A stretch of 64,000 bases of DNA from Chiloscyllium plagiosum (taxonomy: Eukaryota). Each line of letters starts with the position of its first letter. Position 1 is the stretch's first letter. The notes beneath the pieces were generated by a model. The model was given only the letters and a program-made list of their open reading frames with translations, ran no database searches and was not told where the DNA came from. Shown here piece by piece: positions 36,856-48,946 of this stretch. Position numbers and translations under genes: made by a program. The DNA lies in the NCBI RefSeq assembly GCF_004010195.1, contig NC_057755.1:5383789-5447788 (forward strand), in the 5' to 3' direction.

Positions 36856-37759
36856 TCCACGGAGAATGCTGTTTTAACCATGAGACTTTCAAAGTTCCAT
36901 TGTGTGCCCCAAGTCTGAGAGGGCGATCTCTATCGCTAAGGGCAGAGCCGAGGAGAGGATCTTGGTTCCTGAGCCCGGATAAATGCCGGAAAGTTGTTGT
37001 AACCTCACATAAAGTGTCTGATTACGTAAACGGAAATTTGAAGTGACCAATGCTGCATCGATACAGATATAATTTGGGTGAAGGTTTTGGTATACAATCT
37101 GGACAGGTGCCAAATTTTGACATTCTTCTGATTGTGATTAGTATCCATGATGGTTGGAATCACTGCTAAATACCTTCATTGATCGGATTATCAGTATGTT
37201 CAATAATGTAAACGAGGAAGGGATTCTATGCCGATCATTCGTTCATTGATATTGTGGCAGACATCAATGTGTGCACACAGTGGAGTGATTCAGTACCCTG
37301 TGACATAATTCATACATCGTGATTTTGCAACTCTGGATGCAATCCGAGCAATGGAGACACTGAAAACGAATACAGAAATGTTTTAATCAATATCCGTGTT
37401 AGATATCTACCCTTCTTCGTTTTGCTCATCCCAGGTGTCATTGTGAAGATGTTTTGGTCTCATTGCAAGCTCCAGTCAATCTGAATAACTTATAAAGCGG
37501 ATGAAATCAACCACTGCCGAGGTCAAAACAATGTTGAGGAAATTACCATGTTTCTGTCAGCAATCTGCTACACATGTTCTTCCCTTCATTTCTTAAAACC
37601 TGCAAATATATTAATTGATAGAGTGTTTGCTGATGCGGTTCAGAAACGTTAAAGGTGAGATGAAATGGAACAACAATTTTCTTTCTGTTATTGCTTACAG
37701 TCTGACTTCAGCCACAGATAATGTTTGATCAGTAATATATTTTTAAAATTATCTTACAG

Positions 37760-38636
37760 TTACTCTCGTGCTAATTGCATTCCTGGCTCGGGGAAGGTGT
37801 GATATTTCTAAATGCCACACTCGCTATCTGGTGACCATGGCAGTGTCTGATCTGCTGTTCATTGTTTTTTATGTTGTATTATTCAAATTTTCATGTTATT
37901 ATACTGTACAAAGTTTCCTGGACATTACTCTGTTTGTCATCTTATCTATGCGCTGAGCTGCTTGACTATTGATTGTTTTGTCTGGTTCACTGTTGCCTTT
38001 TCTTTTTATCGATTTGTCGCCATCTGTGTTCGTCAGGTGAAAATTGAGTATTGCACAGAGAAAACGTCGAGCAACAATCTGCATTTTCTTTGCTTTAAAA
38101 GACATTCCTAACTACTTTCGATTTAAACCTGGAACAATCAGCAACAATGTTCCATAGTACTGTTATACCACATCGAGTTTTTATAATGACCCTCGGTGGA
38201 AAGGTTTTCAATAGTTTGAGCAATTTTTAACACCATTTCTCCCATTCACTTTTCTTCTCTTTATTAATGTTCTGACTGTCAGACACATCTTCAATGCTAT
38301 TGAGGTGCGTAAAGGACTGAGAGGTCAGTGGAAATTAGACAATGATCCAGAGATAGAGTGCAGACAGAATTCCATGGTTTTACTCTTTGCCATATGTGCT
38401 AGCTTCGTACTTCTCTGGGTGGTTTTTGTCTTAAGTTTTTTTTTCATGTTGCTTATTCCTTGAATTCTGGTGATGCTTCTCTCTTACAACAAGTTGGATA
38501 TATGCTGCGGGACGTAAATTGCTGCACAAATGCATTTATTTATGTGGTGACACAGTGAAATTTCAGAGACCAATTGAAGTACACCGTGAAAAATCCAGTT
38601 ATGAAAATAATTCAGTTGATGGACTCGAAACGTTAA
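37760..38636 (+). pseudogene. GPR139-like copy 2, exon 2, disabled
   Basis: Colinear with 8313-9199 after a CTTACAG acceptor at 37758-37759. Lesions: 1-nt deletion near 37930, about 11-nt deletion near 38070, stops TAG 38155, TAG 38212 and TGA 38556, and DRF changed to YRF. Ends ...MDSKR-TAA at 38636. Confidence 0.9.
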
Positions 38637-38809
38637 CTCTGTTTCTGTCTATACAATGTTAGCTGATCAAGTGTATTTTATGCACATGGAAAACTGGCTA
38701 ACAGTAAGAGTTTCAGAAAATGAAGTTGAGCTGAATAAATTATAGCTATCAAACACTTTTTTCAACAGTATTATGAATTTGATAAGGAGCTGAGAAATAT
38801 ACTTTAATT

Positions 38810-39700
38810 CAAGTTGCAGTCGACAGCGAAGATGGCGCGCTCAGGGCACAACTGAATCTTGATCAGGTGGGCCAAAGGTCAGACGTGAGAGATGGGACTT
38901 AATTTAGATTATTGGGAAGTGCTGCACTTTGGAAAGGCAAATCAGCACACGAATTATATAATGAATGAGACGCTTATGGGGAGCGTTACTGACCAAAAAT
39001 ACATTCGGTTACAATTGCGTCGTTTCTTGAAAGTGGACTCGCAGATAAAGAGGATAGCAAAGAAGATGTTTGGTATGATTTCCTTTATTGGTCAGTGCAT
39101 AACGTATAGAGGCTGGGAGATCATGTTGCAACTGTACAGGACATTGGTTTAGCCACTTTTGGAATACAGCATGCAGTTCTGTTCTCCATGCTATAGGAAG
39201 GATTTTCTGAAATTTATAAGATTAAAAAAAACGATTTTTAAGAATGTTGCCAAGTTTGGAGAGATTGAGCTGTAATGAGAGGCTGAACTGGGTGGGGCTG
39301 TTTTTTTTATTGGATTGTCAGAAGCTGCTGTGTCCCCTTTTTGAGGTCTACAAAAACATGAGGGGCATGGGTGTGATGAAGAGACAAGGTCTTTTCCTGG
39401 GGTGGGGAGTCAAAATCAAGAGGACATCAGTTTAAAGTGAGGGAGGAATGACAAAAAAAGAGTTATTGAAGGGGCAGCAGTTTGAAGCAGAAGATAGTAT
39501 GTTTCTGGAATGAGCTGCCTGAGAAAGTGGTAGAAGAAGGTACAACTATAATGATTAAAAAGTGTTTGGATGTGTATATGAGTACCAAGGCTTTAGAGGG
39601 TTTGGGATCAAATGCTGGCAAATTGACCTAGATTAGTTCAGGATAATTGAATAGCGTGGATGAGTTTGATTGAAGGGTTGTTTCCATAGTACATCTCTGA
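38810..39700 (+). mobile_element. CR1 3' fragment
   Basis: EVLHFGKAN, MLQLYRTLV and ERLN..GLF motifs. Confidence 0.82.
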
Positions 39701-40349
39701 CTGTATGTTGATGTAGTTATAATTCAACATCTCTTTTCCTCAAATTGGTTCGAATTGCCCACAGGAGTAATCTGCTCAAGATATGAAGGTGTATACAATC
39801 GCCGTTGAACATGTATTCCCCGTTTATCTCATTTGCTAGGTAGAGGATACACAGTTTGAATTCTGGTTACATAGATGCCTCGCTGACTGGCAATCTCATA
39901 AATCTCTCAGTGAACACTATATGTTAACGACCATATTAAGCTGAATATACTTCAGAAGGAAAAGGTCCAAACAAAAAGAATGAACTGTTACAGCTAATGT
40001 CTTTGCATCAGAATGAAGGAAGGTGGAAAAGCAATGTAGTTAAGCCAGGAGTGTGGGGACTTGCAAAATGTTCAGAATGTCTGTGAGCCTATCTTTGAAC
40101 ATTTATTTCAATCTGTGTGTGTGTTAGTCAGTGTGTGTGTGAATAGCTCTGCCTTCAATTGGACACAATTTGAATGAATTAATAGGTTATTGAACAAAAA
40201 TCTCCAATTCTGTCTCTTTGCCAGTGTCTCTTGTGTTGAATGCGGTGCAGTGTCAACCTTCATTGGACTCCCCATTCACTGTGCAATCACTTTTTGTTTT
40301 GAGAAATCATCCAATCCTCTGAATGTCTCACGTTGCTCTCAGGTATCAC

Positions 40350-41350
40350 AAAGTGACAGGGTCATATAAGTGTCCAGCATGGAAACAGTCCCTTCGGTCC
40401 AACTCGTCAATGCTGACCAGATTCCGAAACTAATCTAGGCCCATTTGCCAGCACTTGACCCATATCACTCAAAACCCTTCCTCTTCAGATACACAAGCAG
40501 ATGCAGTTTAAATGCTGAAATTGTACCTGCCTCCACCACTTTCTCTGGCAGCTCAATCCATCAACTCAACACCCTTTTCTTGAAAACGTTGCCCCTTGGA
40601 TCCCTTTTAAATCTTCGCTCCTCAGCATCACAATATGTACTCTAGTTCTGTACTCACCCCGGGGAGAAGACCTTGTCTATTTACCCTATCAGTGCCCCTC
40701 TGTAAGGTCTCCCCTCAACCTCTGAAATTCCAGGAAAAATAGTCCCAGTTGATTCAGCTTCTCTCCATAGTTCAAACTCTCCAACCTTGACAACATCCTT
40801 GTAAATGTTTTCCGAGCCCTTTCATGTTTCACAGCATCTTTCCAAGTGGAGAGATACCAGCATTGCACACAATATCGCAAAAGTGTCATAACCTCTGTCC
40901 AGTGCCTGGTTATGGTTCAACGAGTTTATTTGGAAGCACGAGCTTTAGGAGCGCTGCTCAATCATCAGGTAATTGTGGAGTATAGGATCATAAGATACAG
41001 CATTTAAAGCCTTACGCTGTTAGGATCATATACTCCACAACCACCTGATGAGGAAGCAGCACTCGGAAAACTAGTACTTCCAAATAAACCTGTTGGACTA
41101 TAACCTGGTGCTGTGTGTTTTTTCTTTACTTTTTGTACCTCAGTCCAACCCTGGTACCTCCAAATAATGTCCTATCCAGCCGCAACATGACCTTTCAACT
41201 CCTATACTCCATGCTCTGACTAACAAAGGAAAGCATGCCAAATGACTGCTTCACTATCCCATTCATCTCGGACTCCATCATCAAGGAACTATGAACCTGC
41301 ATTCCAAGGTCAGTTTGTTCAGCAACACTGCCCTGGACCTTACTATTATG
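40350..41350 (-). mobile_element. CR1 3' fragment interrupted by a palindromic Penelope-derived element
   Basis: YCVQCW..FTRML..LNQLGLF..RLRGDL on the minus strand; resumes at about 41170. Confidence 0.8.
40905..41166. mobile_element. ORF-less Penelope-derived element: two inverted pLTR arms, each with a hammerhead-like core
   Basis: About 40905-40990 is the reverse complement of about 41025-41110; CTGATGA cores at 40962-40968 (minus) and 41045-41051 (plus). Confidence 0.72.
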
Positions 41351-41409
41351 TCATGCAAGTTAGTGGATGAATCCAACATCTCATCGAGCAGTCAATCATC
41401 TGGGGGAAG

Positions 41410-41660
41410 GTGTTAACTAATTTCATCTTGTCAGGGTCAATGCCTATGGTTATGTTCTATGTGGAACCAAATGTTACATTTCTGTGTTGGCCTATTTATC
41501 TGCATGAGTTTTTGTTGGAATTCGTCTTCATGCTGAAGCTTCTTCGTTGCTGTACAAACACCACAATTTCTGTTGCGACCCAGACAAAATTATACAGCAG
41601 CTGGAGAACGTGCTCTAATGTTTCTTTACCCAAATGAATCAATCAGTTAAATGCAAAAAA
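41410..41660 (+). pseudogene. GPR139-like relic, TM6-TM7-helix 8 fragment only
   Basis: Translation NFILS...MPMVMFY...FVFMLKLLRCCTNTTISVATQTK aligns by eye to YMLQKLSCCTNAFIYMVTQKR of copy 1. The 5' part is missing next to a CR1 fragment. Confidence 0.65.
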
Positions 41661-42189
41661 TATTCAATCAATCCACAATATTCTCATTTCAATTCAGATT
41701 TGTATTTCTGAAGCAGCTTGTTGCAACGGTGACAGGCCGAGGGTAGTGCTGGCATCTCCAACCTGATCCCACATTAAATGATTCTTTCCATGCAAAGGAC
41801 ACAGAGAAGATTTCAGAGAGACGTGAAGAAGGGACAGCAACAACACGCATCCTTTTGAAACAGCGTTTCAATTACTTTTTCATACAAATACATTGTAAAT
41901 AATTAAAAACAAAATGTCCATTAAAACATGCCAAGCAGCAGAACTAAATAATTGTGTTGTGCATTTATTTGAGAGGTCAGAGGTTTAGCCACAGGTTCCC
42001 GTGATTGAGGAATCCCGGTCTCACATTGTGCTGCTTCGGCATAGTATCCCAGCGGGGTCAGACACAGACTGGAATAACAAAACAGAAATTTCTGGAAAAG
42101 CTCAGCCAGTCGGGCAGCATCTCTCGAGTGAATTCAGAGCGAGCATTTCAGGTTAACAGCGAACAATGTCACTTCAGTTACCAAATTTC

Positions 42190-42705
42190 ACTTTCTCTGA
42201 AATCTTCTTCCAGCACCACACACCTTCCTATATCTGCAACCTCCTGCAGCTCTTAAGCCCATCTATATCTCTGAAAATCACTTCAGACCCGACACCACTC
42301 CTTATCTCAATGATCTCTCCCAGTCCCTACACTCATCCCGATGTCTATACCCTCCTGCAACTCATGCAACCCTCTCTATCTCTTTAACATCCTCCAGTCC
42401 GTACAGCCCTGCCTATCTCTGCAATCACTTCCAGCCCCTGCTCCACCTACTTTCTCTGTCAACTCCTCCAGTCACTACATCACTCTCTACCTCTGGAACA
42501 TCCTCCAGTCCCTAAGCCTCTTCCTGTCTGTCTAACCTCCTCCAGTGACTGCAACCTTCGCTATCTGTGTAACTTCCTCCAGGTCCTCCACCTCACACGA
42601 CACCCTCCTTATGTCTGTAAACTCCTCCCGCCCCTGCATCCCTCCCTACCTCTGTAACCTCCTCCAGCCCATACACCATAAGGTCTCTCTGTAACCTTCC
42701 GATGC
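42190..42705. repeat. Degenerate roughly 35-bp minisatellite (CTATCTCTGTAACCTCCTCCAGCCC core)
   Basis: The core recurs more than ten times. Confidence 0.75.
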
Positions 42706-43569
42706 CTATTTGGGAGGGGATTCACGTCAACAAATTTTACACATCAGTGCCAAACACAGTGCGTTTTGTTTAATTCGGAGGTCGCCCGATATAACAGTCT
42801 CCTGAGGGCAAGGGCCCATCACAGAGAGGATATTTCCCACTGCATCGGGGCTAAATCGGAATTTCTCTAAAACCAATGAATAGGCTGCTTTAATCCAGGT
42901 CCGTTTACAGAAACAAGATGTTTAAAACCTGAGAATAACCAAATAACCAGTCATAGGCGAGTTAATGATGAGATACCAGACAGAATTCATTCAGAATCTG
43001 ACAGTAAACGTGTATTCTGCAGATAACGATGGTGATTTGACAGAGTATCTCACTTTCTTGCCTGAGTCTCATTTTGATTGCTGTCAGACGACGGTTTGTG
43101 TGGATCATGTCATTCACGCCCCTTTTTTTTGTTTCTTCTCTTCTCCCATTTCGCCCCAAATCAGTCTTTCCACCTTGTGGTCCTTATTGTGACTGTGTCA
43201 TCTAAGTCTCTCTGCCCCCCACACTATTCTGCTCTTTGTTCCATTTTCTACTGGAGATACAAGGAGCAACACAGGCATTCCCTTCTCACACACAGTAGGA
43301 ACATTGTCACTCACAGAGAGACAGAGAACTGAACCGTCATCAATCCGACAGGCTCAGAAAGAGAGAGTGTTTGGTCCAATTCCAATCCCAAGTTCTGGGG
43401 GATATCTTAATATTTACACAAAAACAGCGAAATGGAGAAATACGTCAATTATACTTCTCTCCAAACGGGTCTGGAAATAAATCCAGCCTCCAAATCACAT
43501 TGATTATAAAATCGAAAGGGAATGTGTTAACCGCTCAGTAGTAACCCACAGAAACCAACTGAATTGTAC

Positions 43570-45660
43570 GTTATGGAGAGCCTTCAGAAATGAGATAACG
43601 CAAATCCAGAGGAAGTATATTCCTGTCAGGGTGAAAGGTAAGGCTGGTAGGTATATGGAATGCTGGATGACTAAAGAAATTGTGGGTTTGGTTAAGAAAA
43701 AAAAAGAAGCTTATGTCAGGTATAGACAGGATAGATCGAGTGAATCCTTCGGAGAGTATAAAGAAAGAAGGAATATACTTAAGAAGGAAATCAGGAGGGC
43801 AAAACGGGGACATAAGATAGCTTTGGTAAATAGAATTAAGGAAAATCCAAAGGGTGTTTACAAATGTATTAAGGACAAAAGGGTAACTAGGGATAGAATA
43901 GGGCCCCTCAAAGATCAGCAAGGCGGCCTTTGTGTGGAGCTACAGAAAATGGGGGAGATCTTAAATGAATATTGTGTATCAGTATTTAATGTGGAAAGGG
44001 TAGTGAAGATATAGACTGTAGGGAAATAGATGGTGACATCTTGTGAAATGTCCAGATTACACAGGAGGAAGTGCTGGATGTGTTGAAACGGTAAAAAGTG
44101 GACAAATCCCCAGGACCTGTTCAGGGTGTACCCGAGAACTCTGTGGGAAGCTGGAGATGTCATTGCTGGGCCTTTTGCTGAGATATTTGTATCAACGGTA
44201 GTCACCGGTGAGGTGCCGGAAGACTGGAGGTTGGCAAACATGGTGCCACTGTTTAAGAAGGGCGGTAAACACAAACCAGGGAACCCTAGGCCGATGAGTC
44301 TGTTCTCTGCGGTGGGCAAATTGTTGAGGGAATCCTGAGTGAAAGGAGGTACATGTATTTGGAAAGGCAAGGACTGATTCAGGATAGTCAATATGGCTTT
44401 GCGCGTGGGAAATCATGTCTCACAAACTTGATTGAGTTTTTTGAAGAAGTAACAAAGAAGAATGATGAGGGCAGAGCAGTAGATGCAATCTTTATGGACT
44501 TCAGTATGGCGTTCTACAAGGTTTCCATTGGGAGACTGATTAGCAAGGTTAGATCGCATTGAATACAGGGAGAACCAGCCATTTAGATACAGAACTGGCT
44601 CATGGATAGAAGACAGAGGGTGGTGATGGAGGGCTGTTTTTCAGACTGGAGGCCTGTGACCAGTGGAGTGCACAAGGATCGGTGCTGGGTCCTCTACTTT
44701 TTGACATTTAAATAAATGATTTTTATGCGAGCATAGGAGGTACAGTTAGTAAGTTCGCTGATGACACCAAAATTGGAGGTGTAGTGGTCAGCAAAGAAGG
44801 TTACCTCAGATTACAACAGGATCTGGACCAGATGGACCAATGGGCTGAGAAGTGGCAGATGGAGTTTAATTCAGATAAATGCAAGGTGCTGCATTTTGGG
44901 AAAGCAAATCTTAGCAGGACTTATACACTGAATGGTAAGGTCCGAGGGAGTGTTGCTGAATAAAGAGACCTTGGAGTGCAGGTTCTAGCTCCATGAAAGT
45001 GGAGTCGCAGGTAGATAGGATAGTGAAGAAGTCGTTTGGTATGCTTTCCTTTATTGTTCAGAGTATTGAGTACAGGAGTTGGGAGGTCATGTTGCGGCTG
45101 TACAGGACATTGGTTAGGACACTGTTGGAATATTGCGTGCACTTCTGGTCTCCTTCCTATCGGAAAGATGTTGTGAAACTTGAAAGGGTTCAGAAAAGAT
45201 TTACAATGAAGTTGTGAGGATTGGAGGATCTGAACTACAGGAGAGGCTGAACAGGCTGGGGCTGTCTTCCCTGGAACGTCGGAGGCTGAGGGGTAACCTT
45301 ACAGAGGTTTACAAAATTATGAGGGGCATGGATATGATAAATATGCGAAGTCTTTTCCCTGGGGTCGGGGAGTCCAGAACTAGAGGGCATAGGCTTAGGG
45401 TGAGAGGGGAAAGATATAAAAGAGACGCAGAGGGTGGTACGTGTATTGAATGAGCTGGCAGACGATGTGGTCGAGACTGATACAATTGCAACATTTAAGA
45501 GGCATTTGGATGGGTATATGAATAGGAAGGGTTTGGAGGGATATGGTCCGGGTGCTGGAAGGTGGGACTAGATTAGGTTGGGATATCTGGTTGGCATGGA
45601 CGGTTGGATTGAATTGTCTGTTTCCATGTTGTAGATCTCTCTGACTCTATGACTCTATGT
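43570..45660 (+). mobile_element. Relatively young 5'-truncated CR1 LINE
   Basis: IKENPKGVYK, VPEDWRLANMVPLFKKG, GKSCLTNLIEFFE, KFADDTKIGG, LYRTLVRTLLEYC; ends in a (CTCTATGA)n tail. Confidence 0.92.
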
Positions 45661-45899
45661 AGAATTTGAAAGTGGTGTAATCCAGGTGCCGGGAACGTCA
45701 AACACCCTCTTGTACGTGTGTAACAGTGTATGTATGTGTGAGTGACTGAATGTGGTGTGCGAGGGCATGTGTGCGTACACATTTGAGAGTGCGAATGAAT
45801 GAGAATGAGGGACTCACTAAATAAGTTCTAATTTGTTTATAGCTGAGCGGTTTTAACCAGCCACATCACAAGTAACAATGTTAGGGTCTGGGCTGCCTT

Positions 45900-48700
45900 C
45901 TTTAAATATTTTGAGGGGGTGTTGTGTGATCCATAAAAGATTGGGTGTTCTTCTGGGATTTGTTATATTTATGATTTGGGGTTGCGTTTGCTGGACTCAA
46001 AGGCACCAATTAGTGGGTGTTAGTTTCGCCTGGATTAAATAGTGTGTGGGAAAACAATGGATCATTCAGTCACGAAATGTTTTATGGAGGTGAAGAAGTT
46101 GCCTTTAGGAGATTTACAGAAGTTGAACACGGAAAAGCTGCTGAAATTAGCATTCTTTTGAAGTTGTACCTATCTCCTTCCGTGAGGAAAGGAGAGATAA
46201 TTAGAGTAATAGCTCAGCATTTATATTTGCTGGAAATGCCATCAGAATATTTAGAGATTATTACAGTTCAACTAAAAATGAGTTGCTTTAGTTAGCAGTA
46301 AAAGAAAACAAAAGGACAAAAATAATGACACTGTTGTAATTACGATTAAAAACTGAGAAAAGACTAAAAGAACGAATCGATATTGCAGAACAAAAAGAAA
46401 AGGAGTGAGAAAGAGAGAAAGAAGAGAGATCAAGAGAGAGAAAGATAGAGCGAGAAGAAAAGAAGGAAGAGCGGGAGTTCGAACTTCAGGAATTGACAGA
46501 TCGGAAATCAGGCTTAATGGAGGAAGATGAAGGCTGAAGGTAAGCTTAGTCAGGAAAAGAGTGATGATGTGCAACACATGGTTACTAGAGAACTGGTGAA
46601 AGTCTGTTTGAACGCTTCGCCTAAATTTGATGGAAATATGTGGAAGTGTTTTACATGACATTGGTCTATGTGAGGCGGTGAATAAAGACATTTTCAGTGC
46701 ATATGAGCTCTTGACAGAAGCCTACACATAACGATTCAGGAGTCGAAGGAGGGGTCCTGGTCAAACCTGCATTGAATTTGAAAGGACCAAGCAAACTAAT
46801 TTTAAACGGTGTATGAGATCATTAAAAATTAAGCAAATCAATGACATTCTTAGAGAAACGATTATTTCGGACGAGTCCATAAATTAACTTGCTGAAGTAA
46901 TTAGAACTCATGTGGAAGGGTAGAGAGTTAAAATGGCAAAATTAACAGCTGGAATACATCATTATTATGAGTTGGTTCATAAATCAAACTTTGGCTTCCA
47001 AAATCAGTTTCAAACCGTGATGATTAGAAATTGGGGAAAAGAGAAATCCTCACGTGGAAAGGGAAAAGTAGATCTTGGGGAAGATCATGCAGATAACGTA
47101 GCAGAAGTTGAAAGTGAAACCCTTGAAGGAGAAAGAGAAGTTAATACGTTCCGGTGTTATCTCCGAAATAAAGTAGGCCAAATGAAATCACACTGTTGAT
47201 GGTTTGCGAAAGGCACTGGGAAGCCAGGTGCAGGAAAATAGGAGAAGTCAGTGAATTTTGTGGAACATCATCGGAGGGTAGAAAGCTGCACCAGAATGAA
47301 CAACATGATTGGATGTTGGTTAAGGAGGAAATGCCAGATCTTCTTAAAAGATACACCTGCAAAGATAAAGTTAACTCGCTTAAGCCAGATGCAGCAGGTA
47401 AAGAGGTTTAAATTTTAAGAGTTACAGTATCCTCCCATGAAAGACGAGGAAATGTATCGTTGAACGAATATTACAGAAAATATGTGATTAATATGCATTC
47501 ACGATGAGACAAAAAGTGCTCAGTTCTGTCAAGTGTGGTTGCAGTGCTCAGTGAAGAGTGGAGAGGTTGTTGTAGAAGTATTGGACAAACTGTCAACTCC
47601 AGCAATACAATTTGACCTTACTAATACGATAGCTCATTCACAGGTGAGATTGCTGTCAACTGTGTTTGAAAAGCCAGGAGAAACTCAGGAAACAAAGCTA
47701 TTGCAGGACACATATCCTGGAATTTCTCCTGACTGTGTGGTAACGAGGTCACACAGTCACTAGTTGAAACAAGAGTGATGAAAGAGTACGGATATGAAAG
47801 TTGAAATAAACTTAGCAGAGATCTGATTTGATCAACTGGTTGACACAAAACATGAGCAGGTCGACGATAAAGCAGCATCCTCTTTTCAGAGAAATTAACT
47901 GAATTACATCAAAATGATGAGAACCCAGAGAAATTGTGTCAAAAAGCCAATGGAAGTCAAATCTAAATGTATTTAAATCTAAATCGATGTGTATGGAATA
48001 GTGTATGTTAGATTAGCTTCAGATTGGTCTGACAGGTCGGCGCAAAATCGAGGGCCAAAGGGCCTGTACTGCGCTGCAATGTTCTATGTTATATATGTTC
48101 TATGTATCCTGATGTACGAGTTTCTGAAAAAATAATATTTCTATGAGGAGAGGGAGAACATCACGTATCCAAGCAAATGAGAAATGGACACATGTTCCTT
48201 AAGTCGTATTGAGAGTGGATTATACAAATGGGTGTACTGCATTAACTACCATAAGGGGACATTTATGGGTAAATGTCACCTCAAGCAAATGTACAGAAAG
48301 TTTTACTGGCCTGGATTTCACAAGGATGTCGATGAATTTTGCCAGACATGAAAAATGGCTAGTAAAACCTGCACCTTTATTTCCCTGTGGAGTGTGACGA
48401 AGCTACTCCTTTAACAAGGTTATGCAGTCCTTGCTTTCTTCTTCGGTGAGGTCATAAACGACACAGACTCTGGAAAAATGAAGACTGAAGGGTTTTAGTG
48501 CCAGTTTGGTAACAGTCGACACATACTGTCTCAGGCAGAACGATTTCAACGTGTGTAAATTGACGTTAGAGTGTCAGACGAAGAATGAAGAATTTGTGGT
48601 TGGAGAAGTGGATAAACTCGCAGCTCCAGGAATATAATTTGACCTTTCTAATGATATAGTTCCTTTACCGGTAGGTGTGCTTCCTCGTATGGTCAAAAAG
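45900..48700 (+). mobile_element. Degraded Gypsy-like LTR retrotransposon internal region (gag/protease)
   Basis: Coiled-coil-like purine-rich segment, degenerate knuckle (RCYLRNKVGQMKSHC) and CVVTRS motif; heavily disrupted. Confidence 0.55.
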
Positions 48701-48707
48701 CCAGTGC

Positions 48708-48946
48708 CATCACTCATCCACAGATTCAATCAACAAGCACATCGACCTGGACCAAATATACCGGCCACTGCAGCGGACAGCTGGACCTGACAACCGGAAA
48801 CGGCAGATACAAATCACTATAAATACCGGAGGAAACATCACAGAAGCGCTTCACAGGAGGCTCCCAAGCACTAAGGATGTCACATAGAGAGGGGACGAAA
48901 CGTCTGCAACACAAATTCCCAGCTCAGCGAACAGAACCACAACAAT
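48708..48946 (+). mobile_element. Penelope 3' end/pLTR with hammerhead-like motif
   Basis: HSSTDSINKHIDLDQIYRPL (typical Penelope ORF end), then GCA-CTAAGGA-TGTCAC..GGGGAC-GAAACGTC-TGC and CCCAGCTCAGCGAAC shared with about 15015-15033. Confidence 0.78.

Noticed and set aside
42190..42705. Regularly spaced repeat resembling a CRISPR array
   Set aside because: A degenerate head-to-tail minisatellite with no unique spacers and no cas genes, in a vertebrate context.
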